A stretch of 64,000 nucleotides of DNA from Eledone cirrhosa (GCA_964016885.1 OZ024742.1:338272001-338336000), one strand, 5' to 3'. Shown: positions 36,882 through 51,900, counted from the first letter of the stretch. Notes: a model not told the origin generated them from the letters alone. Made by a program: numbers and translations.

Positions 36882-39800
36882 GAGGAATAAAGTCAACACA
36901 CTCCAAACTCTGTCACAGACATGTTTTCACTCCTGTCTGCTTTTTCTACCACAACTCCAGTGGCCTCTGTTCCTCATAGGTGGCTACTTTTGTAACAACT
37001 CTACTGAAGTTCTAACGTACTTAAGTCACATGTCACTTCCGATATTGCCTGCCAACACTAACTACTTACAGTGTATAATCATCATTTTCCATTGACTGTT
37101 CTATGCTGGCATGGGTTGGATGCAAATTTTGAGGCAATGTTTCACAGCTACCAATCTTTCAGTCACTTCCTATGTCATGCGGGTATATGGACTACATATT
37201 CTAAACCGGATACACTAATTTTGTCACTGTTGTGTAATGTTTTTTTAATTATTTTGAATAAAAACCACCTGATCGCCTATAGATCCAGGGAGCATTCTAG
37301 TCAGATAGATTTTATCCTTATCAGAGGACGTGATAAATGAATGTTTGTAAACATGAAAGCCTTCCCTGGTGAAGAATGTGCCTCCCAACAGAATTTAGTA
37401 GTCAACGACCTCATTGTCAGAGCTAGACAAATTTGGAAACAGAAGACAACATGGAGAAGAAAGGTCTGGAAGCTGAAAGAGCCATAACCACGTGTATTGT
37501 AAATGAAGAAATACTAGATGGTGTCGTACTAAATGATAGGTGCAGCAGCATCATTGTCAACTGCTACAAGTGTAAAGGAGACCTACTAGATAGAGGCATC
37601 AAGGTAATGAACCAGATCTTGAAAGTAATAGAGAGAGTTATTGCACAACTGATTAGGGACCGGGTAAATCTAGACGAGATGCAATTCAGATTTGTACAAG
37701 CAAAAGCATCACAGATGCTCTCTGCTTTGTGAGACAGTTACAGGATAAGTACCAAGCTAAAAGTAAGCCGATCTACCTGGCATTTGTCGACCTGGAAAAA
37801 GCATTTGACAGAGTGACCTGTACCGTAATCTGGTGGGCCCTTAGAAAACAAGGAGTATATGAGTTGTTTGTGAAGGCAGTACAAGCTATGTATAGGAGAG
37901 CAGTTAGCAAAGTTAGGATTAACATTGAGTTTAGTGAGGAATTTAGCGTACAGGGTGACGTCCATCAGAGCTGTGTTCTTAGACCTTTCCTGTTTATCAT
38001 ACTACAGGCTGTAACAGGAGTATAAGACAGGCAGCCCATGGGAACTTCTGTATGTGGATGATTTTACAGACATAGAATCTATGGTGGAACTAGAGAAGAA
38101 ATTCCAAACATAGAAGCAGTGCCTGACAAAGACCTGAGATCCTTCTGGGAAGGCTCAGATGTTACAGTAGACAGCTTCTGCTACCTGGGCGACCAAATTA
38201 GCAGCGGAGGTGTATTCTCACTTAGTGGAAATTATTCAAGTAAAATGTCCATTGATCGATTGTGATTGAATAGTGTGTTATTGGCTACCAAGATAATACA
38301 GATTATGGATGCCTACCAACTGGAAATAATACACAGAAATGTATTGATGTCAAGTGAGATCTGATGGGCAAATACATTTAATGGATGGCTTCTTGACGAA
38401 AAAGTCGTTATAGCTGATGAATGGTAAATCATTAAATGGTGATTTTTGAATATCAAGCCAAATTTGCAAACTACAATTTCTAAAACATACTAAAATATCC
38501 AAATATGGTCCATGTAGTGGATAGATGTATTCTTTTCAGGATGAAAATTCACTTATTGGTACATTGAATATTAAGTAATAAAATTGTGACATCAATTATC
38601 ACTACATTATTTTCTTACTAACTACTTCGAGCTAGCGTGTATGCATGTATCAATAAAACGATACAATAGAAGTGAAATGACAGGAAGCCGAAAGGATAGA
38701 TAAATTGTAGTAGTGAAATATATAATGAAACCTACTATGTGTGTGTGTTTGTTTATCCTTAGTTTACGTTGCTCCTGTAGTTGGTCAATCTGCTGAGCTG
38801 GTATGAAATGTGAGAGCATGTAAGGCTAGGAGAGAGAAAGAGAAAAAGGTCTGTAGATAGTGAATGGCTACATTGTTAACCTCTCACAGACTGCTACTTC
38901 GGAGTCTCTCTGGTGGACACTAAGTACTTGTATTTATAATAACCCTATAGCTAGAAGGATGTGTATATGAGCTGATTTATGAGTAGCCATGTGTGTTTCA
39001 TCTGTCGAGAATCTGGGGTCACAGGTCAAGTGGCATATACGCTTATCTCTTCACAGGACAATAGGTGGTTTTAGAGGTGAGAACCCTCAGATTTGGTGTT
39101 GAATCTTCGCCAGGTAAAATATAGGAGTATTCCGTTACAGTCCAAGTATACAGAAAAGTCAAATTGTACCAACTTTGGCAGCACTGCTTGACAGTCTACA
39201 GTTGTAGCCATAGGTCAATTCTAATCCACTAGTTTGATAACAAACAATCAGTTGAATGACTACATTTGTTCCTCTTATACAGTGACTCTATTTAGTCTGT
39301 GATGCAGCATAGCAGTCTGTGCATGTACCTTTATCACTGTCCAGTATATTTCCTCTGCAGTTAACTATTTATGTTGTACTCCCTATGAGACTAGAGAAGC
39401 TGTCTTACATGGCTGTGTTTGTAAGGCTGCGTCTTTAGTTTGCTGTCTTTTGTAAATAGATCATGGCAACATGAAGGAAAATGATAGCTTCATTTTTTGA
39501 ATACTTTTCTTATTGAAATGTAGAATATAAATTAAGAGAAAAATACTTCAATTACTGAAAATGAAACTTCAGAATAATCAATAGAGTTAAAGTGTGTATG
39601 GGGTGAGGTGAAGGAAGATGTAGAGAAATAGTTGAAAGATTATATTAGAAGTAAGTGATTCAATATGTCTTGCCATTAAGACTTGATTGAAGTTTTGATT
39701 CAAGTGGAGTTGATCTAGGTAAAGTGGGTTATACCCAAGAATGTGGGTTTAGCGTGTTTGATAAGTTCTTGGCAAAACAATTCATACCGACTCAAATTTG

Positions 39801-40289
39801 ATATTGACAAAAAGAAAAAAAACAATTGAAGGTATCTATTGAATTTTAAAAAATAGTTATTTGTCAATCTGAATTACAAAACCTTGTTTAAATCATCATT
39901 TGTCCAAGGTGGTTCAACTAGTCATGTTCCGAATAATCAACTGAGCGATGCTGCAAATGTATGTTTGCAGTTTCCTCATGTGATTCTTTCGCCACCAAAG
40001 AGTACACAGCAGTCTGTATAAGTTGGAGGTTGGCATAAGAATGGGCAATCTCACCTACACTGTGTTGGCAATGGAGGTCATCCTGAAGGTAGCAATGTGT
40101 TGGTCAGGTACAGCAGTGCTTGGAGAGGGATTTCGAATGGATCCTCTAAAAGCCTTCATGGACGACACTACAGTCCTTGCCACAAAGGAAGATGAGACAC
40201 GTAGGGTATTGGAACAGTTGACTAAGGTAGTTGAATCTTCCAGAATGAGGTTGAAACAAAAAAAAATCCCTTACAATCAAAGAAAAAAT

Positions 40290-40677
40290 TGTTTCTATGT
40301 CAGGCATAAGGACATCAATTACCAACTGTATTACTGATACCTTACGTTATCGACCCCGTAAGGGTGAAAAGCAAAGTTAACCTCGGCCGGTTTTGAACTC
40401 AGAATGGCAAGGGCCGTAACTCTACGCGGAAAAGCATGGCGTCCGACTCTCTACCAATACTGCCAATCCACCGGCCTATCAAAGAAATAATTGTTTCTAC
40501 TTTAGGCACAAGGCCAGCAATCACACAGTGCATTACTGGTACTTTATTTTACCGACCCCGTAAGGATGAAAGGCAAAGTCAACCTCGGCGGGATTTGAAC
40601 TCAGATCGTAAAGGGACGTAACTAGGCTGGAAAGCATGGCGTCCGACTCTCTACCGATACTGCCAATCCACCGCCTT
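40290..40677 (-). mobile_element. Two tandem SINE copies inserted in the Hero-like fragment of unit 3
   Basis: Two ~190-bp copies with accccgtaagg.tgaaa.gcaaagt.aacctcgg...tttgaactcaga; flanked and separated by atcaaagaaa(t/a)aat. Confidence 0.75.
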
Positions 40678-42055
40678 ATCAAAGAAATAATGAGAAGCAC
40701 TCAGGCCAATAGGAAAGGACTGGCTATATCATCATCATCATCGTTTAACGTCCATTTTCCATGCTAGCATAATGGTCGTTAGAGGCCAGTGGAAAGATGA
40801 GGAGAGGTCTAATTTTAGAGGTGAAGAAAATAGAGTATTCCAGAAGCCAACACGGGCTGGATGGTTTGTGGCATAAGGCATCTCTGAGAACCATTTTGAA
40901 TATGAATTTAGTGAAGTGGGGCTAATCAGATAGACCCGAGTACACACTCTGCCAGGGTAGACAGACGGTGGTACACATTTTGAGCTGACGCAGAGTAGTA
41001 CGAGCGCAAGATTGATGCATGTGGAGATACAATTAAGTAGTTAAGGAAATCGTACATGTCATAAGTACAACAAAAACAAAACCCATCGTACGAGAATCTC
41101 CAACATCATTCTATATGGCAGGAGGCAGCAAATGAAGGCTAGGAACAGCTATGCCATACAGGGTACAAGAATCAAGTTTTCTGAATTGTACGTATGACTG
41201 GCTGGATGTGTACATCAGGCCTCCTAGGGTCAGCAAAGCAAACAGAAATCATCAGAAAGAATGGTTTGAGGCCGGATATCATATTCCATTCAAATTCATC
41301 AAAACAGCTGATTTTGATTGAACTGACCATGTCATTTAAAAGTAGAATAGAAGAAGCACATATGTTCAAGACCGAAGGATACCCCAGTTTGGTCAACAGA
41401 CTGAGAAATGCCTACTTCCGAGTCAGGATGAGGTGGATCAAAAGTGGCCTCCATCCCGTTTGAGGGCACAGTGTTTGTATTTTACACAGACTAGGTGAAA
41501 TAACTGAGTGCGTCTGTCTTGTAGCGGTGGTGGTGATATAGTTGACACTCCGCCACCATGAATACGTTCAAGATCAAGAAAACGTTTAAATATAAATTTG
41601 AAATCAGAGACAACGGAGAGGAGAACCAGCTAGATCCTGTTAAGAAAATCACAATGCTGTTTAAATACACAGAATGGCTAAATGCCAACAGAAGAGCACC
41701 CAGAAGCCATGATGCGCTCTGGCCCTTGTAGAGCGTAAGAAGTTAAGGGCAGAAGCTCATGCTTGTGGGGTCTGTGAAGCACAGCTCTCCTAAGAGTTTC
41801 TTACCACCACCCAGACCCTTCGCCCGACCGCCATTTACATAATTCTCTGCCTTACATCTTCACATGTCTGACTCGTTTCTGGGTACACCAAACTATCCTT
41901 TTCTCCCACTACATTATGCAATTACCCTTTTTCTCTCTCTCTCACTTTTCCACCCTTACATTTCATACACGATTCTCCTTTCTTATTACTTCACACTTTC
42001 CTCCTTTCTCTTTTTTCTCCCTCACCTTATTTACTGCGGAATTATATGTTTATTT

Positions 42056-42253
42056 ACTTCCGCCCGCCATTACATTTCCTTAATTCTCAGGCAAAATATT
42101 TTGGTCTGAAATTTTACATCTTTTCACTTCTCACCTTTCTGATATAAAGTATCTTTATCTGAAATATATTATCTGTCCCACACGGAACATATGAGATTAA
42201 CAATAGAGAAATATTTGAATTGAAAAACTATCGGAGGAACATACGAAGAAGAG
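42056..42253 (+). promoter_or_regulatory. Putative promoter and first exon for copy 4 (intron 42254-44910)
   Basis: Same motif and donor; acceptor AG ends at 44910. Confidence 0.55.
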
Positions 42254-44230
42254 GTAAGTAATTTTGAAAGAATTTATTTGTTTAAATTTTATTAATAAAC
42301 GTGAATTGTTGGTGATATTCTGTGTAACTTACAACATATAAATATATATGAATAAATAATCTACAAACGATCAACGTGAGAACATCTGTTTAATTAACAA
42401 AATTACATTTGTTCCACCTCGACTCTATTTTATCAACATTGGCCGCCAATTATGTTATTAAACCAACTCCTTTCCCTTCCCAATTGTCCTATTTATAGGA
42501 TATTATATTCTCTTCCAAATTATCGTAGATATATGATATTATGTTTAGTATCGTCCTAATTATCTTAGATATACGATATGATATAAATATCAGACATTTG
42601 ATGGTTAAATTTGTAGAATGGGCAAAGAAAACTCCGGAAGAGGGACAGATCCGAGGGATAAATGCCTCCTCCCCTCGGAATACGAGGGGGGTTAAGTTAA
42701 CCCTCGGATCTGTCCTTAGCAGCTTATTTGCAGGTAAGACACGCCCTCTCCCAGCCCCAACAAGAACACGGGGATTGAAATGGTAAAGAAAAACTACGTA
42801 ATGGTAATAAATTCGAAGACCCCTTTCCGCCCTCCATTTTCCAGGGAAAAAAGTCTTCATGACAACATTAGGGAGGTAAGTTCAATTGATAGAGCACGAA
42901 GGAAAAACAAATTATCTCCTACTGAAAACGGTGGGGATATCTTAATATAGATCTACCCTATATCATTCTAAAATAACAGGAATTATCGGCAAACTATTTT
43001 TTTAGCCTGTCACATTCTAATTTAATTTGGTGAGCTAGACCTCTGACTACGAGGTTCTTGTCACTGTTAGTTTCTCACCTTATTTAATGTATTAAGTGAT
43101 GTTCACGTGGTTGCCCGGTTATTCTAGCGGTAATACTCCTGTTTTGTTGACTTGCCTGAAAAGTTATTAGAGGGAAAATTCCAGTCCCTTTTGTGCTGTG
43201 TGATTGAGTGCCCTAACCACCCGCCCCTTTATATATTTATACATAAGAATTTGACACGGTTCAGTTTATGCAAACAAAGGAAGCTGATTCCAGAGAGCTG
43301 GAACTGGTGCATAGCCCCACAACCCTGACACCGATCACCGCAGCTCCTTGCACTAGTATTTGGTACTCTCCATCACTGACAGTCCTGTGCCAGCCCTTCA
43401 TTCTCCAAATGAAGTCGAGCTTCTGGAGATCTTCCTTAATCACATCTAGCCATTTTGTGCAGGCCTCTTCCAACCCTCAGCTGCTGCATTAAACGGGAGT
43501 AAGGCACTTCTAATATGATCTGGCAGAAGGCAGACGACATGTGTACCAACGCATGCAGCAGATGTCTCTGAGAGAGGGGGGTTGCAGGCTGATATGTGTG
43601 TGTGCATGCAACTGTTGATCCTTTTTGTGAGGGGCTACGTTTCTGTTCCATAGTGAACAGACCGAAGCATTGTAGATATGGAGCTTCGTCTTCCAGAACA
43701 TAGAGCAGTGGTATGAGGCTTCTGTAGGGAATGCATAAACCCGATGGCTAGATCACATCTGCATATGGGGTCAGGTCTCCAATGTTGGTGATTGTGGAGT
43801 CCAGGTAAATGTAGGAGCTGATGAACTCCACAATGCTGGGGCCAGTATGAAGCAGGGGAGGGTGTGGTTCTTCGTCCAGTTCACCTGAAGGCCAAACTTT
43901 GCCAATTTCTTCCTGAACCGCTTGATCGAGTTGGTGAAAGCAATGCCAGAAACTTGTTCACAGACCTTGGTCATAAGATAGTCGATCTCACCGTTGAAGA
44001 GATTAGGGGCAAACATGCCCTTTCTGAAACTGCTGTTGACGGGGACCCAGATGGAGTCCTTCCCGTTCATCCACATGCAACTCTTGGCACTGCTATAGAA
44101 CCATTGGAGCAGGGTGGTGTGCCGATGAGGCTGAGAATTTTCAATAGGGATGCGTGGTCGTCCATGTCAAAAACTGCGTTATGTCAGCGAAAGAAACATA
44201 TAGGCACTGATGTTTGCGGAATTCTCAAAG

Positions 44231-44801
44231 TCTATTAATAATGAAACGGAAGATTGAAATGTGGGTGGTGGTAGATCAATTTCACATGAATCTGGCTTGT
44301 TGTACTCAACTTTTTCTTCTCCTAGGCCCCGCATTAGTGAAAAACTGTGTTTTTAAAGATTTTTAGGGCTTTTCTGAGGCGTTACGTCAGACCGATTCCC
44401 TTGAAATTGTAACTATGTATTAGTCAGTCTCTTCTTCATACCGTAAGCAAAGAAAATCCAACTTTCTTATGGCCTAGGGTCCGCATTAGGGGAACAACTT
44501 CATTTTTTTCAGCTTTTTAAGGCTTTTTTGAGGCATTAAATCTAGCCGATTCTCCCCAAATTTCAAGGCATATTATGCACATAAAAAAAATACATTTTCT
44601 GGATCCCCCAGGGCCCGCATTAGGTGAAAACCTGTATTTTTCCTGCTTCATTGAGGAAAATCTTAAAAATTATCCCGCCATCAGAGTATTCGGTTTATTT
44701 TCTTTACATATTGTCCAGGTATGCAGTTTTTCCACGATTAGGTCTTGGCGGCCCACGTTCCAAAATACCTTATCCAGTGCAACGCAGGGTACCACTGCTA
44801 G
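44231..44801 (+). mobile_element. Non-autonomous Helitron (~570 bp) in the intron of copy 4
   Basis: 5' TC, internal ccgcattag repeats, 3' GC hairpin plus CTAG followed by T, no TSD. Confidence 0.6.
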
Positions 44802-45051
44802 TTATGTATATATTACCATGACTGTAGTCAAGACACTTTTCTCTAATGACTTATAATGTGTCAACAGTGAAAATATCCCTAATATTTTATTCTCTCTTTA
44901 TATATTTCAGATTATCTGAAACTGTTTCTTTACAACTGAAACATCTTCAGACTTTCACAAAGATAACAGTTGAAGAAAATATAGTCTTGAAAATATTTTG
45001 TGAAAAATTCAAGAAGAAAAGTAATTTTCTGTTTTGTAAAGAATATTTGAA

Positions 45052-46833
45052 ATGATGGAGAAAAAAGCATACCATTGTGTTACCTGTGGTCAATCTTTCC
45101 ATTCTAATTCTTCTTTACGAAGCCATAAACATATTCACAATGGTAGAAGACAATTCCGTTGTGATATCTGTGGTAAAATATGCCCTAGTAATTCTTCTTT
45201 AACTATACACAAACGTAGTCACACTGGAGAAAAACCATGCCAGTGTGAATTCTGTGAGAAAACCTTCTATGATAATTCTTCTTTAACTAAACACAAACAT
45301 ATTCACACTGGAGAAAAACCATACCATTGTGAAATCTGTGGTAAAGCTTTCTCTCAGAGAATTAATTTATTAACTCATTCTCGTAGTCACACAGGAGAAA
45401 AACCATACCACTGTGATATCTGTGGTAAAACATTTTCAAAAAAATATTATATAACTACACACAAACGTATTCATACAGGAGAGAAACCATACCATTGTGA
45501 TATTTGTGGTAAAACATTTTCTACAAAGCATCAAATAATTGGACACAAGTATACCCACACAGGAGAACAACCATTTGAATGTGATATCTGTGGTAAAACA
45601 TTTTCCAGTAAGAACACTTTAACGTACCATAAACATATTCATACAGGAGAAAAACCATACAAATGTGAGACATGTGGTAAGAGTTTTGCACTGAGTCAGT
45701 ATTTATCTAACCACAAACTTATACATACAGGAGTGAAGCCATACCACTGTGATATTTGTGGTAAGACATTCCGTCTAAATAGACAGTTATTACTACACAA
45801 ACGTATCCACACAGGCGAGAAGCCACACCACTGTGATATCTGTGGTAAAGCCTTCAGTTTTTCTGGTCATTTAACAATACACAAACGTACTCACACTGGA
45901 GAGAAACCATTTCGTTGTGATATCTGTGGTAAGTCAGCCACAACTAGTTCTGATTTAGCCAAACACAAACTTGTTCATACTGGAGATAAACTATATCCTT
46001 GTGATATCTGTGGTAACAACTTTTCTACTAATGGTAGTTTAACCGCACACAAACGTATTCACACAGGTGAGAAGCCATACCATTGTGATATCTGTGGTAA
46101 AACATTCACTCACTCGAGTTCTGTTTCATCTCATAAACGTGTTCATACTGGACAAAGACAATATCCTTGTAATATCTGTGGTAAAATATTAACAACTGGT
46201 AATTCTTTGTCTATCCACCAAAATATTCACACAGGAGAGAAGCCACACCAATGCGATATCTGTGGTAAAGCATTTTCTCAAAATAGTAATTTATTGAGGC
46301 ATAAACGTCTTCACACAGGATTAAAACCACATCACTGTGATATCTGTAGTAAGACCTTCTCTGATAGTGGTTCCTTGAAAATACACACCCGTTCTCACAC
46401 AGGAGAGAAGCCATGCCGGTGTGATATCTGTGGTAAATCATTCTCTCGAAACAGTCATTTGTTGAACCATAAACGTATTCACACAGGAGAGAAACCATAT
46501 CACTGTGATATCTGTGGTAAGTCATTCTCAACTATTGGTTCTTTAGCCCAACACAAAACTATTCATAGTGGAGATAAACCATACCCTTGTGATATCTGTG
46601 GTAAATATTATTCTACTAATATTATTTTAACTAGACACAAACTTATTCACACGGGAGAGAAGCCATATCATTGTGTTATATGTGGTAAAACGTTCTGTGA
46701 CCCGAGTTCTCTTTCATCACATAAACATATTCATACTGGACATACTAGAGAAAAACATCATTGTAATATCTGTGGTAAAACATTCACAGCTAGTCATACT
46801 TTATCTAAACACCAAACTATTCACACAGGATAG
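45052..46833 (+). CDS. Poly-C2H2 zinc-finger protein, copy 4 (21 fingers), ending at the in-frame TAG; post-stop tail to 47286
   Basis: 593-aa ORF nearly identical to copy 1; TAG at 46831-46833. Confidence 0.93.
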   Translation: MMEKKAYHCVTCGQSFHSNSSLRSHKHIHNGRRQFRCDICGKICPSNSSLTIHKRSHTGEKPCQCEFCEKTFYDNSSLTKHKHIHTGEKPYHCEICGKAFSQRINLLTHSRSHTGEKPYHCDICGKTFSKKYYITTHKRIHTGEKPYHCDICGKTFSTKHQIIGHKYTHTGEQPFECDICGKTFSSKNTLTYHKHIHTGEKPYKCETCGKSFALSQYLSNHKLIHTGVKPYHCDICGKTFRLNRQLLLHKRIHTGEKPHHCDICGKAFSFSGHLTIHKRTHTGEKPFRCDICGKSATTSSDLAKHKLVHTGDKLYPCDICGNNFSTNGSLTAHKRIHTGEKPYHCDICGKTFTHSSSVSSHKRVHTGQRQYPCNICGKILTTGNSLSIHQNIHTGEKPHQCDICGKAFSQNSNLLRHKRLHTGLKPHHCDICSKTFSDSGSLKIHTRSHTGEKPCRCDICGKSFSRNSHLLNHKRIHTGEKPYHCDICGKSFSTIGSLAQHKTIHSGDKPYPCDICGKYYSTNIILTRHKLIHTGEKPYHCVICGKTFCDPSSLSSHKHIHTGHTREKHHCNICGKTFTASHTLSKHQTIHTG

Positions 46834-48429
46834 AAGCCACACCAATGTGATATCTGTGGTAAAGCATTTTCTCGAAACAGTAGTTTGTGGACACACAAGC
46901 GTCTTCACACAGGAAAGAAACCGTACCATTGTGACTTCTGTCGTAAGACCTTTTCTTGTAGTAGCGCTTTGATACAACTCATCCGTTCTTACACAGGAGA
47001 GAAACCATATCAGTATGATATCTGTGGTAAATCATTCTCTCAAAGTAGTGATTTATTGAACCATAAACGTATTAACACAGGAGAGAAACCATACCCTTGT
47101 GATATCTGTGATAAAACATTCACTCACCTGAGTACTCTTTCATCTCAGAAACATATTCATGCTGGACACACTGAAGGAAGACAATATCATTGTAATATCT
47201 GTGACAAATCATTCTCTCAAAATCGTCATTTATTAAACCATAAACGTATTCACAAATGTAATAAATCTAAAAAGACACTGAACTGAGAGGAATAAAGTCA
47301 ACACACTCCAAACTCTGTCACAGACATGTTTTCACTTCTCTCTGCTTTTTCTACCACAACTCCAGTGGCCTCTGTTCCTCATAGGTGGCTACTTTTGTAA
47401 CAACTCTACTGAAGTTCTATCGTACTTAAGTCATATGTCACTTCCGATATTGCCTGCCAACACTAACTACTTACAGTGTATAATCAACATCATTTTCCAT
47501 TGACTGTTCTATGCTGGCATGGGTTGGATGGGACTTTTTGAGGCAATGTTTTACAGCTACCAATTTTTGAGTCACTTCCTATGGCATGCGGGTATATGGT
47601 CTACATATTCTAAACCGGATACACTAATTTTGTCACTGTTGTGCAATGTTTTTTTAATTATTTTGAATAAAAACCACCTGATCGCCTATAGATCCAGGGA
47701 GCATTCTAGTCAGATAGATTTTATCCTTATCAGAGGACGTGATAAATGAATGGTTGTAAACACGAAAGCCTTCCTCGGTGAGGAATGTGCCTCCCAACAG
47801 AATTTAGTAGTCAACGACCTCATTGTCAGAGCTAGACAAATTTGGAAACAGAAGACAACATGGAGAAGAAAGGTCTGGAAGCTGAAAGAGCCATAACCAC
47901 GTGTATTGTAAATGAAGAAATACTAGATGGTGTCGTACTGAATGATAGGTGCAGCAGCATCATTGTCAACTGCTACAAGTGTAAAGGAGACGTACTAGAT
48001 AGAGGCATCAAGGTAATGAACCAGATCTTGAAAGTAATAGAGAGAGTTATTGCACAACTGATTAGGGACCGGGTAAATCTAGACGAGATGCAATTCGGAT
48101 TTGTACAGGCAAAAGCATCACAGATGCTCTCTGCTTTGTGAGACAGTTACAGGATAAGTACCAAGCAAAAAGTAAGCCGCTCTACCTGGCATTTGTCGAC
48201 CTGGAAAAAGTATTCGACAGAGTGACCTGTGCCGTATTCTGGTGGGCCCTTAGAAAACTAGGAGTAGATGAGTTGCTTGTGAAAGCAGTACAAGCCATGT
48301 ATAGGAGAGCAGTTAGCAAAGTTAGGATTAACACTGAATTTAGTGAGAAATTTAGCGTACAGGATGGCGTCCATCAGAGCTGTGTTCTTAGACCTTTCCT
48401 GTTTATCATACTACAGGCTGTAACAGGAG

Positions 48430-48982
48430 AGTAGTGACCTACATTCCGCGGGCTCACATACACTCTCTGTGCGTGATTTGGCTCAGTTCAGCCAATCAGC
48501 GCCAGTAGAAGAGGATGTATCCCTACGCGCCCTGAGGAAGAAATTCCCCGCGAAGATTTGAAGAATCTCGCTCTTGTACCAGAAACTTCAAGCCAGCAAC
48601 ACGCATAATGTAGCAGTGAGATATTGCACCCCTAGCCTCGCCGGCTTAACGGCGCAATGGCACATTCCCTTTTGTAACCTCTTTTTATCTGTAACTTCAA
48701 CCATATAAATAAACAAACATTTCATCTCTAATTACTGCGGTTGAAGTCGTTATTATGTTACTCGTGTCGCAATAACATCTTTAATCCATGCTGCCGGAAT
48801 TGGCGACCTGACAAAAGGAATATTGTAAATAGATGGTAAATAGATCGAGGGACCTTCCCTCACGTCTATGTCAACAAGATAATCCAACGAGGATACTATC
48901 ACTTACCACACTGGCAACTAACGACCACTGATTCTACCACCCTGCTAAAGTGGCGATAACATCTATAACCAATAACTGCTAA
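48430..48982. mobile_element. 553-bp insertion with an AGGAG target-site duplication (solo-LTR-like), unit 4
   Basis: Absent in units 1 and 3; AGGAG on both sides; agtagt...actgct near-terminal inverted hexamers; internal tataaataaa. Confidence 0.6.
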
Positions 48983-51900
48983 AGGAGTTTAAGACAGGCA
49001 GCTCATGGGAACTCCTGTATGTGGATGATCTTACAGACATAGTAGAATCTATAGTGGAACTAGAGAAGAAATTCGAAACATGGAAGCAGTGCCTTGAAAG
49101 AAGGGATCTTAAAGTCTACTTGACAAAGACTAAGGTCCTAGTAAGTAGAAGAGAAAACAGATCAGTGATCTCGTCAGGGAAATGGCCTTGCTTTATATGT
49201 AGGTACGGATTCCATCTGTCCCAAATGCAAACTGGGTATACGAGAGATGTAGTGGGATCTGAAGAAGTTTAGCTAAGAATGTAGGCTTTACATGTAGCAG
49301 TTGCACTGGGTCAATGAGCAGCAAAAGACCATAGGAAACAAACGTGATCAAATTCTGGGAAGGCTCAGAAGTAACAGTAGACAGCTTCTGCTACCTGGGT
49401 GACCAAATTAGCAGTGGAGGTGTATTCTCACTCAGTGGTAATTATTCAAGTAAAATGTCCATTTATCATTTGTGATTGAATAGTGTGTTATTGGCTACCA
49501 AGATAATACAGATTATGGTTGCCTACCAATTTGAAATAATACCCAGAAATGAACCAGGTCTTGAAAGTAATAGAGAGAGTTGTTGCATAACTGATTAGGG
49601 ACCGGGTAAATCTAGACGAGATGCAATTTGGATTTGTACAGGCAAAAGCATCGCAGATGCTCTCTGCTTTGTGAGACAGTTACAGGATAAGTACCAAGCT
49701 AAAAGTAACCCGCTCTACCTGGCATTTGTCGACCTTATTCAAGTAAAATGTCCATTGATCGTTTGTGATTGAATAGTGTGTTATTGGCTACCAAGATAAT
49801 ACAGATTATGGATGCCTACCAACTGGAAATAATACACAGAAATGTATTGATGTCAAGTGAGATCTGATGGGCAAATACATTTAATGGATGGCTTCTTGAC
49901 GAAAAAGTCGTTATAGCTGATGAATGGTAAATCATTAAATGCTGATTTTTGAATATCAAGCCAAATTTGCAAACTACAATTTCTAAAACATACTAAAATA
50001 TCCAAATATGGTCCATGTAGTGGATAGATGTATTCTTTTCAGGATGAAAATTCACTTATTGGTACATTGAATATTAAGTAATAAAATTGTGACATCAATT
50101 ATCACTACATTATTTTCTTACTAACTACTTCGAGCTAGCGTGTATGCATGTATCAATAAAACGATACAATAGAAGTGAAATGACAGGAAGCCGAAAGGAT
50201 AGATAAATTGTAGTAGTGAAATATATAATGAAACCTACTATGTGTGTGTGTTTGTTTATCCTTAGTTTACGTTGCTCCTGTAGTTGGTCAATCTGCTGAG
50301 CTGGTATGAAATGTGAGAGCATGTAAGGCTAGGAGAGAGAAAGAGAAAAAGGTCTGTAGATAGTGAATGGCTACATTGTTAACCTCTCACAGATTGCTAC
50401 TTCAGAGTCTCTCTGGTGGATACTAAGTACTTGTATTTATAATAACCCTATAGCTAGAAGGATGTGTATATGAGTAGCCATGTGTGTTTCATCTGTCAAG
50501 AACCTGGGGTCACAGGTCAAGTGGCATATAAGTTTATCATATGTTTATCTCTTCACAGGACAATGGTGGGAACTCCCAACAATAGGTGGTTTTAGAGGTG
50601 AGAACCCTCAGATTCGGTTCCGAATCTTTGCCAGGTAAAATATGGGAGTATTCCGTTACAGTCAAAATATACAGAAAAGTCAAATTGTACCAACTTTGGC
50701 AGCACTGCTTGACAGGCAACAGTTGCAGCCGTAGGTCAATTCTAATCCAGTAGTTTGATAACAAACATAATCAGTTGAATGACTACATTTGTTCCTCCTA
50801 TACAGTGACTCTATTTAGTCTGTGATGCAGCATAGCAGTCTGGGCATGTACTTTTATCACTGTCCAGTATATTTCCTCTGCAGTTAACTATTTATGTTGT
50901 ACTCCCTATGAGACTAGAGATGCTGTCTTACATGACTGAGTTTGCTGTCTTTTGTAAATAGATCATGGCAACATAAAGGAAAAAGACAGTTTCATTATTT
51001 GAATACTTTTCTTATTGAAATGTAGAATATAAAATTAAGAGAAAAATACTTCAATTACTGAAAATGAAACTTAAACTTCAGAATAATCAATAGAGTTAAA
51101 GTGTATATGGGGGGAGATGAAGGAAGATGTAGAGAAATAGTTGAAAGATTATATTAGAAGTAAATGATTCAATATGTCTTGCCATTAAGACTTGATAATT
51201 TGTCCAAGGTGGTTCAACTAGTCATGTTCCGAATAATCAACTGAGCGATGCTGCAAATGTATGTTTGCAGTTTCCTCATGTGATTCTTTCGCCACCAAAG
51301 AGTACACAGCAGTCTGTATAAGTTGGAGGTTGGCATAAGAATGGGCAATCTCGCCTACACTGTGTTGGCAATGGAGGTCATCCTGAAGGTAGCAATGTGT
51401 TGGTCAGGTACAGCAGTGCTTGGAGAGGGATTTCGAATGGATCCTCTAAAAGCCTTCATGGACGACACTACAGTCCTTGCCACAAAGGAAGATGAAACAC
51501 GTAGGGTATTGGAACAGTTGACTAAGGTAGTTGAATCTTCCAGAATGAGGTTGAAACAAAAAAATCCCTTACAATCAAAGAAATAATGAGAAGCACTCAG
51601 GCCAATAGGCAAGGACTGGCTGTATAAAAATGGAATGGTCGTTAAAGGTCAGTGGACAGATGAGGAGAGGTCTAATTAGAGAATTCCAGACGGCAGTACA
51701 GCAGAGCCAACAGTGTCTGGATGGTTTGTGGCATAAGGCAGAATCAGAATCATTTTGAACATGAATTTAGTGAAGTGGGGTTAATCAGATAGACCCGAGT
51801 ACACACTCTGCCAGGGTAGACAGACGGTGGAACACATTCTGAGCTCATGCAGAGTAGTACTAGCCCAAGGTAGATGCATGTGGAGACACAATTAAGTAGT

